From positions 107,012,001 to 107,076,000 of the forward strand of contig NC_043000.1 in assembly GCF_006345805.1 (NCBI RefSeq): a stretch of 64,000 nt of DNA, given 5' to 3'. The stretch is from Octopus sinensis. Its lineage: Eukaryota. The translations under genes were made by a program, and so were the position numbers. Positions 49,413 through 62,420 of the stretch are shown here, in pieces. The notes under the pieces are model-generated. The model was given only the letters and a program-made list of their open reading frames with translations. It made no database searches and had not been told where the DNA came from. Positions within the stretch are counted from its first letter, which is position 1; every line of letters begins with the position of its first letter.

Positions 49413-50136
49413 TGAATCGAAAGTGTTCCGGCCTTGATCAACACGTATTTGGTTTTTGTTCGAGAACAGTATACCTAAGACTTTATTATCCTATATTATC
49501 AAATATTTTTTTTTAATGGTAGGATGCAGCTTGAAAGAGATTTTCCTACAATTCCACCCTTCTTAACTCCTCCCATATAGAACTGCATTTACCTTCGCCT
49601 TTCTCCCGTATCCTCACTTTTACACTTATCTCTTTTATACTTTCACTATTTCTTTTTTCTACTCTCTTTATGCTTCGCTTTTTCATTCCGCTTTTTCGGA
49701 TAAAAGACTAACGTTTGAAACGTTTAGGAACATTCTTTCCTCGTTGAAGCGTTAAACTAATATTTATGTTCTTGTGTTGTTGCTTTTAATGTATATTGTC
49801 AGTCTTTACTTTTAGCAGGAAATGCGTTTCAAGTATCAACTATCCTGATTAAGATCTCTCCATCTGGATATGTTTCTGTTTACATGCTTCTCATATACAA
49901 ATTGTCACGTTGCATCATTATGTTACTAAATATTTAATTAGTAGCCTTGAAACTTTGGAATTTTCTGTTGATCAACTGGCATGTACCTTGCAAATTCAGT
50001 CAAGAAGTAGAACAAGGAAAATATGTTTGATGTCTAAACTGTAAAAGGGAAACATTAATTCTTAGACAGAAACCATTATCCGCTTTAGAGAAAAAACAAC
50101 AAAGTAGAGATGAAAGAATGTGTGTGTGTGTGTGTA

Positions 50137-50194
<58 letters not shown>

Positions 50195-50340
50195 CGCGGG
50201 TGAACGTGTGCGTATGTTCGTGCACATATACACAATCTTTTCTAATTCTTTGATAAATCTTCCTAAAGGGTGAAAGTGGGTTTCTAGCTAAGAAACAATG
50301 CTTCGTTGTGTGTGTGTGTGTGTATGTAGACCACATTTAC

Positions 50341-50402
<62 letters not shown>

Positions 50403-50584
50403 GCAAATATACACACATATATGTGTGTATGGGTGGGTGAGTGTGTACATATATATTATGCCTGTGTTGTGTTTGTGTGTATACATATATATACATATTC
50501 TTCTTCTAGCTAAGAAAAAATGCTCCATTACAGACAGAGCATATTACATGCATATATGTATTATGTATGTATGTGTGTGTATAT

Positions 50585-51530
50585 ATAAATCCTTAAATCT
50601 TTAAAAATGTTTCAGCCCGAAGGCCGCGGCCATGCTGGGGCACCACCGCTGAATGAGCTACACTAATATGTGAATTCACCTCTGATACGTGGCACTAGGT
50701 CAACAAGGGAGTTCGATGCCGCTGTCTGCATCTGTGTCTCCTGTCGTGGGATAGGTTCATCTGGGACCCCCGACAAGAAGAGATCCAGTTTAGTTTTAAA
50801 GAAACCCATACAAGTCTCTCAGGCATTTAGGGAGGATATAAAGAGCTGTGGTCCTCTGAAACCCAAGCTATTGCAGTATCTGGTCCTGTATTTTGATGGT
50901 GATGTTGGAATCTTCGGCAAAATGCAGTGGCGCCCCGTTCTGCGGTTGGGATAACTTTGAATGCCAAAGTCTGGGTCAAGGCCCTCCAGGATTTTCCAGA
51001 TGTATATCACCACATATCTCTCCCGCCTTCGCTCTAGGGAGAAGAGTTTTAATACTTTCAGTCTTTCCCAATAGCTGATATGTTGCATTGAGACGATCTT
51101 CTTTGTGTAGCTTCATTGAATTGCTTCGAGTTCTGCTGTTAGTTTTATATTGTGTGGTGACCATAGTTGGGAGCAATAGTCCAAGCGGCTGAGGACGAAA
51201 GTTTTCCACAGGACCATCAGTGTCTCCTTCTCTCTTGTTCTGAAAGTTCGGAGAATCCATCCAGCTAGCCGTCTGTATTTTATCACCAAATTAGTAATAT
51301 GCACTTGGAAAGATGCATCATTGCTCATGTCAATGCCCAGGTCACCACTGATTTTGACTCGGGGATTGCAATTCTTCCCGGGCCACTGTATCCAGTCTGC
51401 ATGTCGTTTACCTTTGTGTGCCGGTAGCGCAGGGCCTGGAACTTACCTGCATTAAACTGCATGTTGTTGTCCTCAGCCCACCTGTATATTGTATCCAACT
51501 CCTGTTGCAGATGTGCTATATTTCCATATA
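50585..51530 (-). mobile_element. CR1-type LINE 3' end, 5'-truncated
   Basis: WAEDNNMQFNAGKF, DLGIDM, RLDYCSQLWSP, LFSLERRRER, RGPQLF; 3' UTR stem-loop and short (GATTTAA)-like tail. Confidence 0.9.
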
Positions 51531-51569
51531 TATATACATGGCTGAGGACAACAATATGCAGTTTAATGC

Positions 51570-51619
<50 letters not shown>

Positions 51620-51622
<3 letters not shown>

Positions 51623-51815
51623 ATCCAAACAAGAAAGCACAAAAACACAACAACGCGAGGACGTGGAACAAATATAGTATTATGGACGCTCAGGAAAGAA
51701 GGAAAGAAGGAGGGTCTAACGTTTCGAGTGGAGCTCTTCGTCGGAACATAGGAGAAGGAAAGATCCAGAGAAGGGAAGACAGAGGAAAAAAATCGCCAAC
51801 GGTACACATGAGGTC
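51620..51815 (-). mobile_element. Solo pLTR-like element in (TA)n with a mutated HHR (51713-51749)
   Basis: CCGACGA A GAGC-ucc-ACUC GAAAC GUU; U4C and a stem II mismatch relative to the 39675 copy. Confidence 0.75.
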
Positions 51816-51829
51816 ATATATATATATTA

Positions 51830-51878
<49 letters not shown>

Positions 51879-51938
51879 CTTCTGTGACCAGCATGATATA
51901 CACATGCCCACACAGACACACACATTTATATATATGTG

Positions 51939-51995
<57 letters not shown>

Positions 51996-52542
51996 TGTGT
52001 TGCAGGTGTGTGTGTGTATGATATGTGTACGTATATATGTATGTATTTTACATGTTTATATTATATATGCTATATCTATGTATTTATCTGTCTATCTATC
52101 TATCTATATAAGTAAAATAATTGAGATTCAGATGAATTAGATACTTGAGTTGAGGCGTCAAAAATTAGTGCAGTATTATCCTTGCTATTTCAAAATAAGG
52201 TAAATAAAATCAAAATAAGCAACAGGATATCGAGAGGTGAGCTGTACGACAGTTTCAAGCGACTCCATTTAATTGAACAATTTAATCATTATATAAATTT
52301 AAATGTACAGCTATCCTCAGCTGCATAAATAAATAGATAGAATTAATTTAAACAGTCGGACACATTTGTATAATTTTACCTAAATCCTTTAAGAGGGTAA
52401 GAAGACAGACAAGGTCCATGCTGTTTTTACTTCAGCTTAGAAGCTACTAAGACATCAGGAAAAAAGAAACTTGTTACGATTCTAGCTTGCCACTGATTCT
52501 TGGGTTCATTTATGATTTATGATTTATAAATCATAACCGATT

Positions 52543-52637
52543 GCGTGGCACCTTGGGCAAGTGTTTTCTACTATAGCCTCGGGCCGACCAAAGCTTTGTG
52601 AGTGGATTTGGTAAACGCAAACTGAAAGAAGCCCGCC

Positions 52638-52638
<1 letters not shown>
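52543..52638 (+). mobile_element. SINE-A 5' part, host of the RTE insertion
   Basis: gcgtggcaccttgggcaag...gaagcccgccg followed by (TA)n. Confidence 0.9.
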
Positions 52639-52713
<75 letters not shown>

Positions 52714-52715
<2 letters not shown>

Positions 52716-55568
52716 TTCTCAACTGTGTCCTAGAAAATATACCAACGACTGAAAATATCTACCTTCTAGGGGATTTTAACGCTCGCGTGGGATCTGACCA
52801 TGATTCGTGGCCCATTTGTGTTGGACACTTTGGTATTGGCAACATGAATGACAATGGTCAGAGACTACTCGAATTCTGCACATACCACAACCTGTGCATC
52901 ACAAAACATTCTTCACCAGCAAGCCATCCCACAAGGCATCCTGGAGACATCCAAGATCTCACCACTGGCATCAGCTGGATCTCATCATTACACGGAGATC
53001 CTTTCTGAGTTCCACTCTATTGACCCGCAGTTACCACAGTGCGGATTGTGACACAGACCACTCACTAATTAGAAGCAGGGTGAGGATTCTCCCTAAAAAA
53101 GTCCATCGCTCCAAGAAAGTGGGCCGACCACGCATCAACACCGCCAGAACCTCGGACCCTACACTGCGAAAATGTTTTGCTGCTTCTATCAAGGTTGCCC
53201 TCAGTAGCTGCCCAACCTCCTCTGCTGAAAGTAGGTGGGACTATATCAGGGAAGCCTTGTATACGACATCATTGGATACTTTCGGCATGAGAGAAAGGCA
53301 AAACCCAGATTGGTTCAATGCTGGGCTCTCAGAGCTGGAGCCAGTTATCGAAGCAAAGCGTGCAGCTCTGGTGCAATACAAGAGTGACTCTTCTACAAAG
53401 TCACTCGAAGAACTCAGAAAGGCACGAAATAAAACCCAACTGACAGCCAGATGCTGTGCAAATAGGTATTGGCAGGAAATCTGTCAGAGTATCCAGTCAG
53501 CTGCTGACAGGGGCGACACCCGTGGGATGTATGCTGGTTTGAAGAAGGCCCTCGGTCCATCCGCAACCAAGTCAGCCCCTCTGAAATCAACTACTGGAGA
53601 TCTCATCAGGGATCAAGGCAAGCAAATGGATAGATGGGTGGAGCACTACCAGGATCTCTACTCACGGGAGACCACAGTGGCTGAGGCTGCAGTCGAGAGT
53701 GTCAAGATCTTGCCAGTCATGTGCGAACTTGACAGTCCGCCATCTATAGCAGAGCCTCACCAAGGCTGTTGACTCCCTAGCAAGAAATAAGGCTCCGGGA
53801 AAAGACGGCATCCCCTCAGAGATCATCAAAGCCGGCAAAAACACCATCCTGCTTCGGCACCTTCATGAGCTTCTGTGTCAGTGCTGGGAAGAGGGTACAG
53901 TCCCTCAGGATATGCGGGATGCCAACATCATTACGCTCTACAAAAACAAAGGTGACCGTGGTGATTGTAACAATTACCGTGGTATATCCCTTCTAAGAAC
54001 TGTTGGAAAGACCTTTGCCCGCGTTATCCTGGCCAGGCTACAACTACTTGCTTCTCGAATCTATCCGGAATCGCAGTGTGGCTTTAGAAGAAGCAGATCA
54101 ACTATCGATATGATATTCTCCATACGCCAACTTCAGGAGAAGTCCAGAGAGCAGAAAATGCCATTATATATGGCCTTCATTGATCTAACAAAGGCTTTTG
54201 ACTCGGTAAGCAGAACAGGCCTCTTCCTCCTGCTCCAAAAAATCGGATGTCCACCAAAGCTGCTGAGGATCATCAAGTCTTTCCATGATGACATGCAAGG
54301 CACCATACAGCACAACGGTTCAACATCAGCCGCCTTCCAAATAAAAAACGGGGTAAAGCAAGGCTGTGTCCTCGCTCCTACATTGTTTGGCATCTTCTTC
54401 TCACTCTGCTGTCACATGCCTTTCAGACATCAGATGATGGAGTGTTTCTGCACAGTAGAAGTGACGGGAAACTGTTCAATCTCTCGCGCCTGCGTGCCAA
54501 GACCAAAATCAGAAACGTCCTGATCAAGGAGATGTTATTTGCTGATGATGCCGCTCTGGTAACACACACAGAAGAAGCCCTCCAAAGGCTCATTAACTGT
54601 TTTGAGCAAGCATGTAACGACTTTGGCTTAGCTATCAGCCTTAAGAAGACCAACATCATGGGCCAGGCTACATCGGACATCCCAAACATACATATTGGAG
54701 ACCACAGATTACAAGAGGTGGAGAAGTTTACCTATCTGGGCTCTACCGTCACCTACAACCTATCCCTTGACGCTGAGCTCAATATACGCATTGGCAAGGC
54801 AGCTACTGCGATGGCCCAACTCTCCAAACGGGCTTGGGACAACAATAAGCTGACCAAGACCACAAAAATGAAGATCTACCAGGCATGTGTACACAGCACT
54901 CTACTGTATGGAAGCGAGACCTGGACGCTATACACACGCCAAGAGCGTCGCCTAAACATCTTTCACCTGCGCTGCCTCCGAAAAATCCTCCACATCAAAT
55001 GGCAGAATCATATCCCCAACAAAGATGTCCTCAGGCAAGCAGGAATACCAAGCATGTTTGCACTCCTCACACAAAGACGTATGAGATGGCTTGGGCATGG
55101 TAGCCGTATGAAAGATGGCAGAATCCCCAAGGACATACTCTACGGAGAGCTTGCTAGGGGTACTAGGTCTGTGGGTAGACCGATCTTGCGTTACAAGGAT
55201 GTTTGCAAAAGGGATATGAAGGCCTGCAACATCAACATTAGCGGTTGGGAGGCAGTCGCCGGCAACCGTGGAGAATGGCGACGTACAGTAAAAGAGGGTA
55301 TACAGAGGAGTGACAGAAAGAGAGAGGAGAAATGGAAAGAAAGGAAGAGACATAAACAAGAGACCATGGCACTACAATCAGCTAGGAACAGTCTTCGCTA
55401 CATTTGCAGTACCTGCCAGAGGGAGTGTTTGTCCAGGATAGGACTACACAGCCACAGCAAGAAATGTAACAGGAAATAAAATATAACAGCCGGACTAGAC
55501 CTAGAAAAAAAAAAAAAAAATGCGCAACTCCATTGTCTCCCGAGACAGAAAGGATGCCAAACAAAAAA

Positions 55569-55570
<2 letters not shown>
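52714..55570 (+). mobile_element. RTE-clade LINE, 5'-truncated (~2.86 kb), ORF broken by about three frameshifts
   Basis: APE motifs LGDFNARVG and SADCDTDH; RT motifs YRGISLL, QCGFR, FIDLTKAFD, GVKQGCVLAP, LFADD; C-terminal CSTC...HSH; stop 55479; tail ...gagacagaaaggatgcc. Confidence 0.97.
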
Positions 55571-55644
<74 letters not shown>

Positions 55645-55759
55645 TATATACACACATATATATATATATATGTATGTATGTATCTATGTATGTATGTATG
55701 TATGTATGTATGTATGTATGTATACGTATGTGTGTGTATAGGTTTGTGTGTGTGCGTGT

Positions 55760-55972
55760 GATTGTGTGTCGTGTTTGTCCTCCCCACCATGCATGACAGT
55801 CGATGTTGGTGTGTTTACGTCCCGGTAACTTAGCGGCTCGGCAAAAGATACCGATATAATATGTACTAGACTTACAAACAATATATCCTGGGATTGATTT
55901 GTTCGACTAAAAGGCGGTGCTCCAGCATGGCCGCAGTCAAATGACTGAAACAAATAAAAAGAACAAAAAGAA
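55760..55972 (+). mobile_element. SINE-A 3' part, continuing 52543-52638
   Basis: Family 3' module after (TA)n/(TATG)n/(TG)n. Confidence 0.85.
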
Positions 55973-56313
55973 TATATATATATGTAATATATCTATATAT
56001 AGGTATGTAATTGTTGATATGTGAATGCGTATGTATGTATGTATGTATGTATGCATGCATGCATGTATGTATGTATGTATGTATGTATGTATGTATGTAT
56101 GTATGTATGTATGTATGCATGTATGTATGCATGTATGGATAGGCAGAGAACTGAGAAATTTGTTGGAGCGTTGGAATGATTGCCTGAAAGTATTCGTTCA
56201 AATACCGCCGTGTTCAGCTATTGCTTCTTATCTTTCCAAGGTCGTAAATTAAAATTTGAGTCCTATACTAAGAATTTATTCTTCTCTTTTTTCTTTCTCT
56301 TTCTCACTCTCTT

Positions 56314-56386
<73 letters not shown>

Positions 56387-56447
56387 ATCTTTCTCTTTCT
56401 CTCTCTGAAAGAAATCGGCTATGGTCAGACTTTTAAAAGATCAAATA

Positions 56448-57012
56448 TTGGGTTGTCCGGAAAGTTCGTGCTGATTTTTAAAGGAAAGAAAAAGGTCAAT
56501 AAATACTTGCCATTACATTTTTAATCAATCAAATATGAACCATTTCGTTGCACAGTGCGTCTCCATATTTCCTTTAACTTGAAAATACCCTCTTCTCAGA
56601 ATTGAGGTGGTTTCATGGCAAAGAACTCATCAAGGTATCTTTTTACGTCATCCAAGGAATTGCAATTTTTACCATTAAAACTATTCTGAAGAGACCTGAA
56701 TAAGTGGAAATCCGAAGGAGCAATATCTGGTGAATATGGAGGGTAGGGTAACACATCCTAGCCGAGCTGCAACAATTTTTGTCTGATTCCCAAAGCATCA
56801 AGTGCCGAAAATGAACTTTCTTATCTTCCATTTTAAAGGGTTACAGAATTAACACAGGTTATAGAAACATAAATCTTCTTCCACGAAAAGATAGCTTTAA
56901 CTGTGCTCTAAATTGAGGTTAGTCAAATCCTATTCTATGGACTTAACCATGTTCTAAAATAAGTTGAAAGGTAAGCTACTATAAATCGGCACGAACTTTC
57001 CGGACAACCCAT
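56448..57012 (-). mobile_element. 565-bp internally deleted mariner with both TIRs
   Basis: TIR ttgggttgtccggaaagttcgtgc, TA both sides; MEDKKVHFRHLMLWE fused to YPPYSPDIAPSDFHLFRSL and the C-terminus. Confidence 0.93.
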
Positions 57013-57067
57013 TAGAATACGTTGTACATCCTGACGGTATGTGTGTGTGTATGTGTATGCATGTGTG

Positions 57068-57142
<75 letters not shown>

Positions 57143-57349
57143 TGTGTGTGTAAAAAGTGAATTATATGGAAATATGGAAATAATTCTCTTATGACGAGAA
57201 AAATAAGAAAGCCCTGAAGGAGAATATTCACATTTTCTTTAATTTCTCAGTAATGCGTCTATCCACTCCTCTTACTCAGTAAGCAACTATAAGCAGCAAC
57301 AGCAATAGGTCTAACTCAAACATATATATATATATATATATATATATTC

Positions 57350-57570
57350 CTTTATTCTTTTATTTGTTTCAGCCATTTGACTGCGGCCATGCTGTATCAC
57401 CGCCTTTAGTCGTACAAATCGATCCCAGGACTTATTCTTTGTAAGCCTAGCACTTATCCTATCGGTCGTTTTTGCTGAACCGCTAAGTTACGGGGACGTA
57501 AACACACCAACATCGGTTGTGAAGTGATGGTGGGGGACAAACACAGACACACAAACATACACACACACAC
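57350..57570 (-). mobile_element. SINE-A 3' half
   Basis: Family 3' module ending at (CA)n/(TA)n. Confidence 0.9.
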
Positions 57571-57581
57571 ATATATATATA

Positions 57582-57658
<77 letters not shown>

Positions 57659-58924
57659 GTATAATAGAGATGTATGTGTATTCGCTTGCGAAAAGGGTTT
57701 CACATATTGCTTTCATACTCGTGATGCAGGAATAATTTTGACCTCGGATAAATGATAGGCTTTTCATGAATAAAAAATGCGCGCTGACGACCATGGGGTA
57801 CTTTCGGAAATTTCACAAGATCCGATTTTTCCGTCATAACTTCGGGTAAAATGTATATACATTGATTTTTTACGGTATCCCACGTTTTTGGTTATGGAGG
57901 GTCCGATTCTGAAAGACAATTTTCAAAAATCACATTTTCAAATTTTCCATTTCTATCTATTCATTTGGGTATGAAAGAGCGTGGCTTCGAATTTATTCTC
58001 TTTACCATCTTCTACTATCAAGTCAACCTGTGTCCCATCACTCCATTGCTATTGTTGCCAATTTGTCTGACGGGGACATATATTGAGCAGCTTTTACATT
58101 ATACTTTCTATGTTGCTTTGCAAAATACTGATGAGGTAAATTAATAAGATTACAATTGTGTAATCCTATCGGTTAAACCGTCCAAACCCGTGTATGTTTT
58201 ATAAAGCATAAAATACGAAATATATTTTCTATACTTTATTAATACTTTATACATATTGCGGAATCCGAACGTTTAGAATGGATTTTTTTTTATTTTGTTT
58301 TTTTTTTTATTCCTGCCAATGTCGTCCAATTCCATCCGATCTTAGTGTACAGAAGATCTTGTAACATTTAGAATTCTGACAATTTCTAACTCGCTTTCTT
58401 CCATACATTTGGCAACAATGAATTGCATGTCTTTTCATTTCTTGTCTTAGCATATTATTTGCCATGGGGGAATAGAAAGAAAAATTTTTAATATTTTAAT
58501 TGGTTTGAAGAGAGTAATATACTGATAATTAAGTGTCCTGAAGTACTCCTTGCAGCCTTTATGAACCTCTCACCCATTCTCTCGCTCTTTCTCTCTCTCT
58601 CTCTCTCTCACTCTCTCTCTCTTTCTCTCTCTCTCTCACTCTCTCTCTCTCTCTTTTTCTCCCTCTTCATCTATCTATCTATCTACATACACACACACGC
58701 ACACTCCAGCACACAAGAAATGCATATAAAAGCCGAACATAAAATTAAAAAGTGTGCATACACATATACATACCTCTCTCTTCTCTCTCCTTCTCTCCCT
58801 ATCTCTATCTCTATCTATCTCTACCTAGCAATTTTTGTCTGTACCTCTCTGTTTCTGTTTCTCTGTCTCTCAATCTCTCTGTCTCTTTTCTTTCATTTGT
58901 TGGATCATACATGCATATTCATTA

Positions 58925-58962
<38 letters not shown>

Positions 58963-59329
58963 CGCACGAACACAAAGCCATACAGAAAGACAGTTATATG
59001 TACTTTTGAACATAGATCCAGTTAAGATGCTGAAAATATTCATAATCACAATTCTAGTATATACATTCGTGCCTACAGAGATGCAGTTATCCATCCATCC
59101 ATATGTCTATACAATACATACATACATACATAATACATACATACATTCATACATACATACATACATACATACATACATACATACATACATACATACATAC
59201 ATACATACATACATACATACATACATACGTACATACATACATATATGTATGAAGACATACGTACATACATATACGCATATACAGCTACGTACATACAAAC
59301 ATAAATATACATACGTACACACACACACA

Positions 59330-59390
<61 letters not shown>

Positions 59391-60137
59391 GAATGCATGT
59401 ATGTATATATACGTATCTATGAATGTATACATGTATGTATGCATGTATCCATATATGCATACATACGCTCATACATTCTTACATGCATAATTCATGAAAG
59501 GATGCGTAGATACTTATATGCATGCATGCATAAATACTATACACTTATCTACAAACACACGCTAATATCTAGGGGCCTCAAAATGTACGTTGCATACACC
59601 ATTCTACATACACATACACACCATGAAACACAAAAACATATACGCGAGTGCGCTCAGATACACATGCATATACACACATCATACGTACATATAAAAGAAT
59701 GCACACACAATCTGCATAATGGCCGAGTTACAATGTGCATATATGCTCTCGTTGGCATATATGCACACACGCACACACACTCATACACACACATACATAC
59801 ACACCAAACACCCACAAATATAACACACACACACACACACAAATATTCTAAATTACATCATTTCCTGCTATTGCAATATAGATTATAATGCCGAGAGCAA
59901 ACTTTCATAAAAATTATCAAAGTCACTACAATTCTTTTGGCATTTATTTCCTTTCCTGTTGACTTTTATAAATGTATTTATTTTTGTTTTTCTCCTTGCA
60001 GCTTTCCCAATGCCGTAATTAATACAAAATTTGTTAATTTACGATGAAGATTGACTGGCAGACTCGTTAAAATTGAAAATAATTTTTTTTTTTTAATTAT
60101 TTAGAAAACTATCAGAATAAAATCATTATAATAATTA

Positions 60138-60179
60138 TAGTGGTGGTGGTGGTGGTGGTGGTGGTGGTGGTGGTGGTGG

Positions 60180-60218
<39 letters not shown>

Positions 60219-60245
60219 GTTTGTTTGTTTGTTTGTTTGTTTGTG
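60138..60245. repeat. (GGT)n-(TGT)n-(TGTT)n compound microsatellite
   Basis: Seen directly. Confidence 0.95.
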
Positions 60246-60729
60246 GTTGTTACGTTTTGTCAAATATTTTATTGTTGTTGCGATAATTGTTCTTGTTGTA
60301 ATTGTTGTAATAGTTGTTGTTCCTCCTTGAAATAGTTTCATTATTTATTTTTCTTGATTATCTGATATTGTTGAAGAGCTTTCTAACGAATCTAGGTAAG
60401 CTATAAATTTAATAAAATGTTAGGAGAACCTCGGGTAATTTACCTTGTTGATATTTTGTGACCTATTTTATTTCTTCTCGTTGCTTTTCTTTTTCTCCTC
60501 CTACTCCTTCTCACCAATTAATTAATAGGGTTTATTAATGTATCTATATTTCGTTATCAAACATAACATTCTATCACTTAGATTTATATAATTTATTTGA
60601 TCATCTTTATAGACACACTTGATTGATGTTATTTTTTTCTCCATCCCATCTCACATAATTATTATAAATAATCGATAAACTACCAAACAAAACGACGTTT
60701 AGTTACATTGCAGGATTTAGTTACGAATC

Positions 60730-60832
60730 ATTATATTTCAGGTTCAAATACTGCTAGAATTATCTCTGTTTCTCATCCTTCCGGGATCGATAAAATAAAT
60801 ACCAGCCAAGTATTGCATCTGATTTAATCGAC
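60730..60832 (+). mobile_element. Very old SINE-B remnant
   Basis: ggttcaaat...catccttccgggatcgataaaataaataccag...atttaatcgac. Confidence 0.55.
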
Positions 60833-61233
60833 CATACGGTAATCCTGTTAAACGGAATTCAAAGACTTTAAAAGATGAAAGTTTTGGGTTTTTTTTATTT
60901 TTCCCCCGCAAAAAAAAAAATAATCACGTAGCTACAATCAAAGAATACCGTTTACGAAAATTTCTCGTAAATACACTAGTTTTCACAAATGATGACAATA
61001 GATGATAAAGTACAATAGTATAAAAGCAAATTACTGCTCCGGTCTCTCCCATCACAACTGTTCACCGAAAAGGAATCTAATAGTTTATACACAGGACTAA
61101 TCCACGTAAATATAATACAATGTTAAGATACTGCAATATTGAATGAATTCTCAAACTGACAAATACTATGTCTCCTCCAAAATATTGAAATTTATTGCCC
61201 AAAACTCAACAATTTAGTATTAATAAGATAAAG

Positions 61234-61437
61234 TTGGCGAGCTGACAGAATCGTCAACACGTCAGGAAACATGCTTAGCAGCATTTCGTCTGTCTTTACG
61301 TTCTGAGTTCAAATCCCGCTGAGGCCGACTTTGCCTTTCGGGATCGATAAAATAAGTAGTAGTTCAGCACTGGAGTCGATATAATCGAGCCTCTCACTCA
61401 AAATTTCTGGCCTTGTGCCAAAATTTGAAACCATTAT
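61234..61437 (+). mobile_element. Old-type SINE-B, full length
   Basis: Head ggcgagctgacagaatcg; old tail aaatttctggccttgtgccaaaatttgaaaccatta; no 184-nt repeat. Confidence 0.85.
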
Positions 61438-61547
61438 GAATGAGAAGATAAAATAGAGCTTACATCCATATAGTTCTTTTTTAGTCACTATAGTGTTGCA
61501 CAGGTTTAAAATATTTTAAACCATCTAAATTTTATTAAGCTGGAGCG

Positions 61548-61962
61548 GATCTTTTCCATTCGGCTGCCAATTTTCAATCTCTTCAATTTCTATTCGAACT
61601 GATTTCATATCCGGTGTAATGATATAGTTTTATATGCTAATAAATGCCTTGATATTCATTTTCGCCATAAATCAACAAATAAAGAGTTAATAGCTTTCAA
61701 AGTTTATAAATTCCACCAGTATTTCATTTGTTTAGAGTTGACAACACGTACTGTCACGCACAAAATGACAGCTTCCAAATCCTGTTTTCTGACTGAGTGA
61801 AAATTTAAACTTTAAACTTCTATAACATTTTTTTTTTAAATTTTTCTGGAAAAGTGAAATATCTTTTGTGATTCAGCTTGGAAAACTACATTAATATACC
61901 AAGTTTTAAAATTTTCAATAAACTTTAAATTTTCGAAAATTGGAGGCCAAACTGAAAAGATC
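61548..61962. repeat. Possible old MITE: 28-bp inverted repeats, 23/28 matching
   Basis: 61548-61575 versus 61935-61962. Confidence 0.35.
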
Positions 61963-62173
61963 CCAAACGAAAATATGTTATACTCACGCATAACATACAC
62001 GTCTCTGTGATAGAAGAAACGAAACTCAAGTCCGAAATTGGACGGTCCAAATTGTAAATTATTTATCCATTAAACTAGACCACCAAGCCATTGACATACC
62101 TCAAAAGATATTCAACTATTAAAAGGTCGTGACAACTCATATTTTAAATGAAAGCCAACATGAAATATGTTAG

Positions 62174-62420
62174 ACGTAGGAGTAGCTGTGTGGTAAGTAG
62201 CTTGCTTACCAGCCACATGGTTCCTGGTTCAGTCCCACTGCGTGGCACCTTGGGCAAGTGTCTTCTACTATAGCCTCGGGCCGACCAAAGCCTAGCGAAT
62301 GGATTTGGTAGACGGAGCTATGCTTATAAAGAATAGGTGCTGGGGTCGATTTACTCGATTAAATGCGATGCTCCAGCATGGCCACAGTCAAATGACTGAA
62401 ATAAGTAAAAGAGTAAAAGA
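62174..62420 (+). mobile_element. SINE-A with central deletion
   Basis: 5' half joined almost directly to the tail, without the microsatellite. Confidence 0.88.

Noticed and set aside
49690-49730. CGGATAA...GAAACGTT degenerate hammerhead
   Set aside because: Two core changes and poor stems; at most a dead relic, so not listed as a feature.
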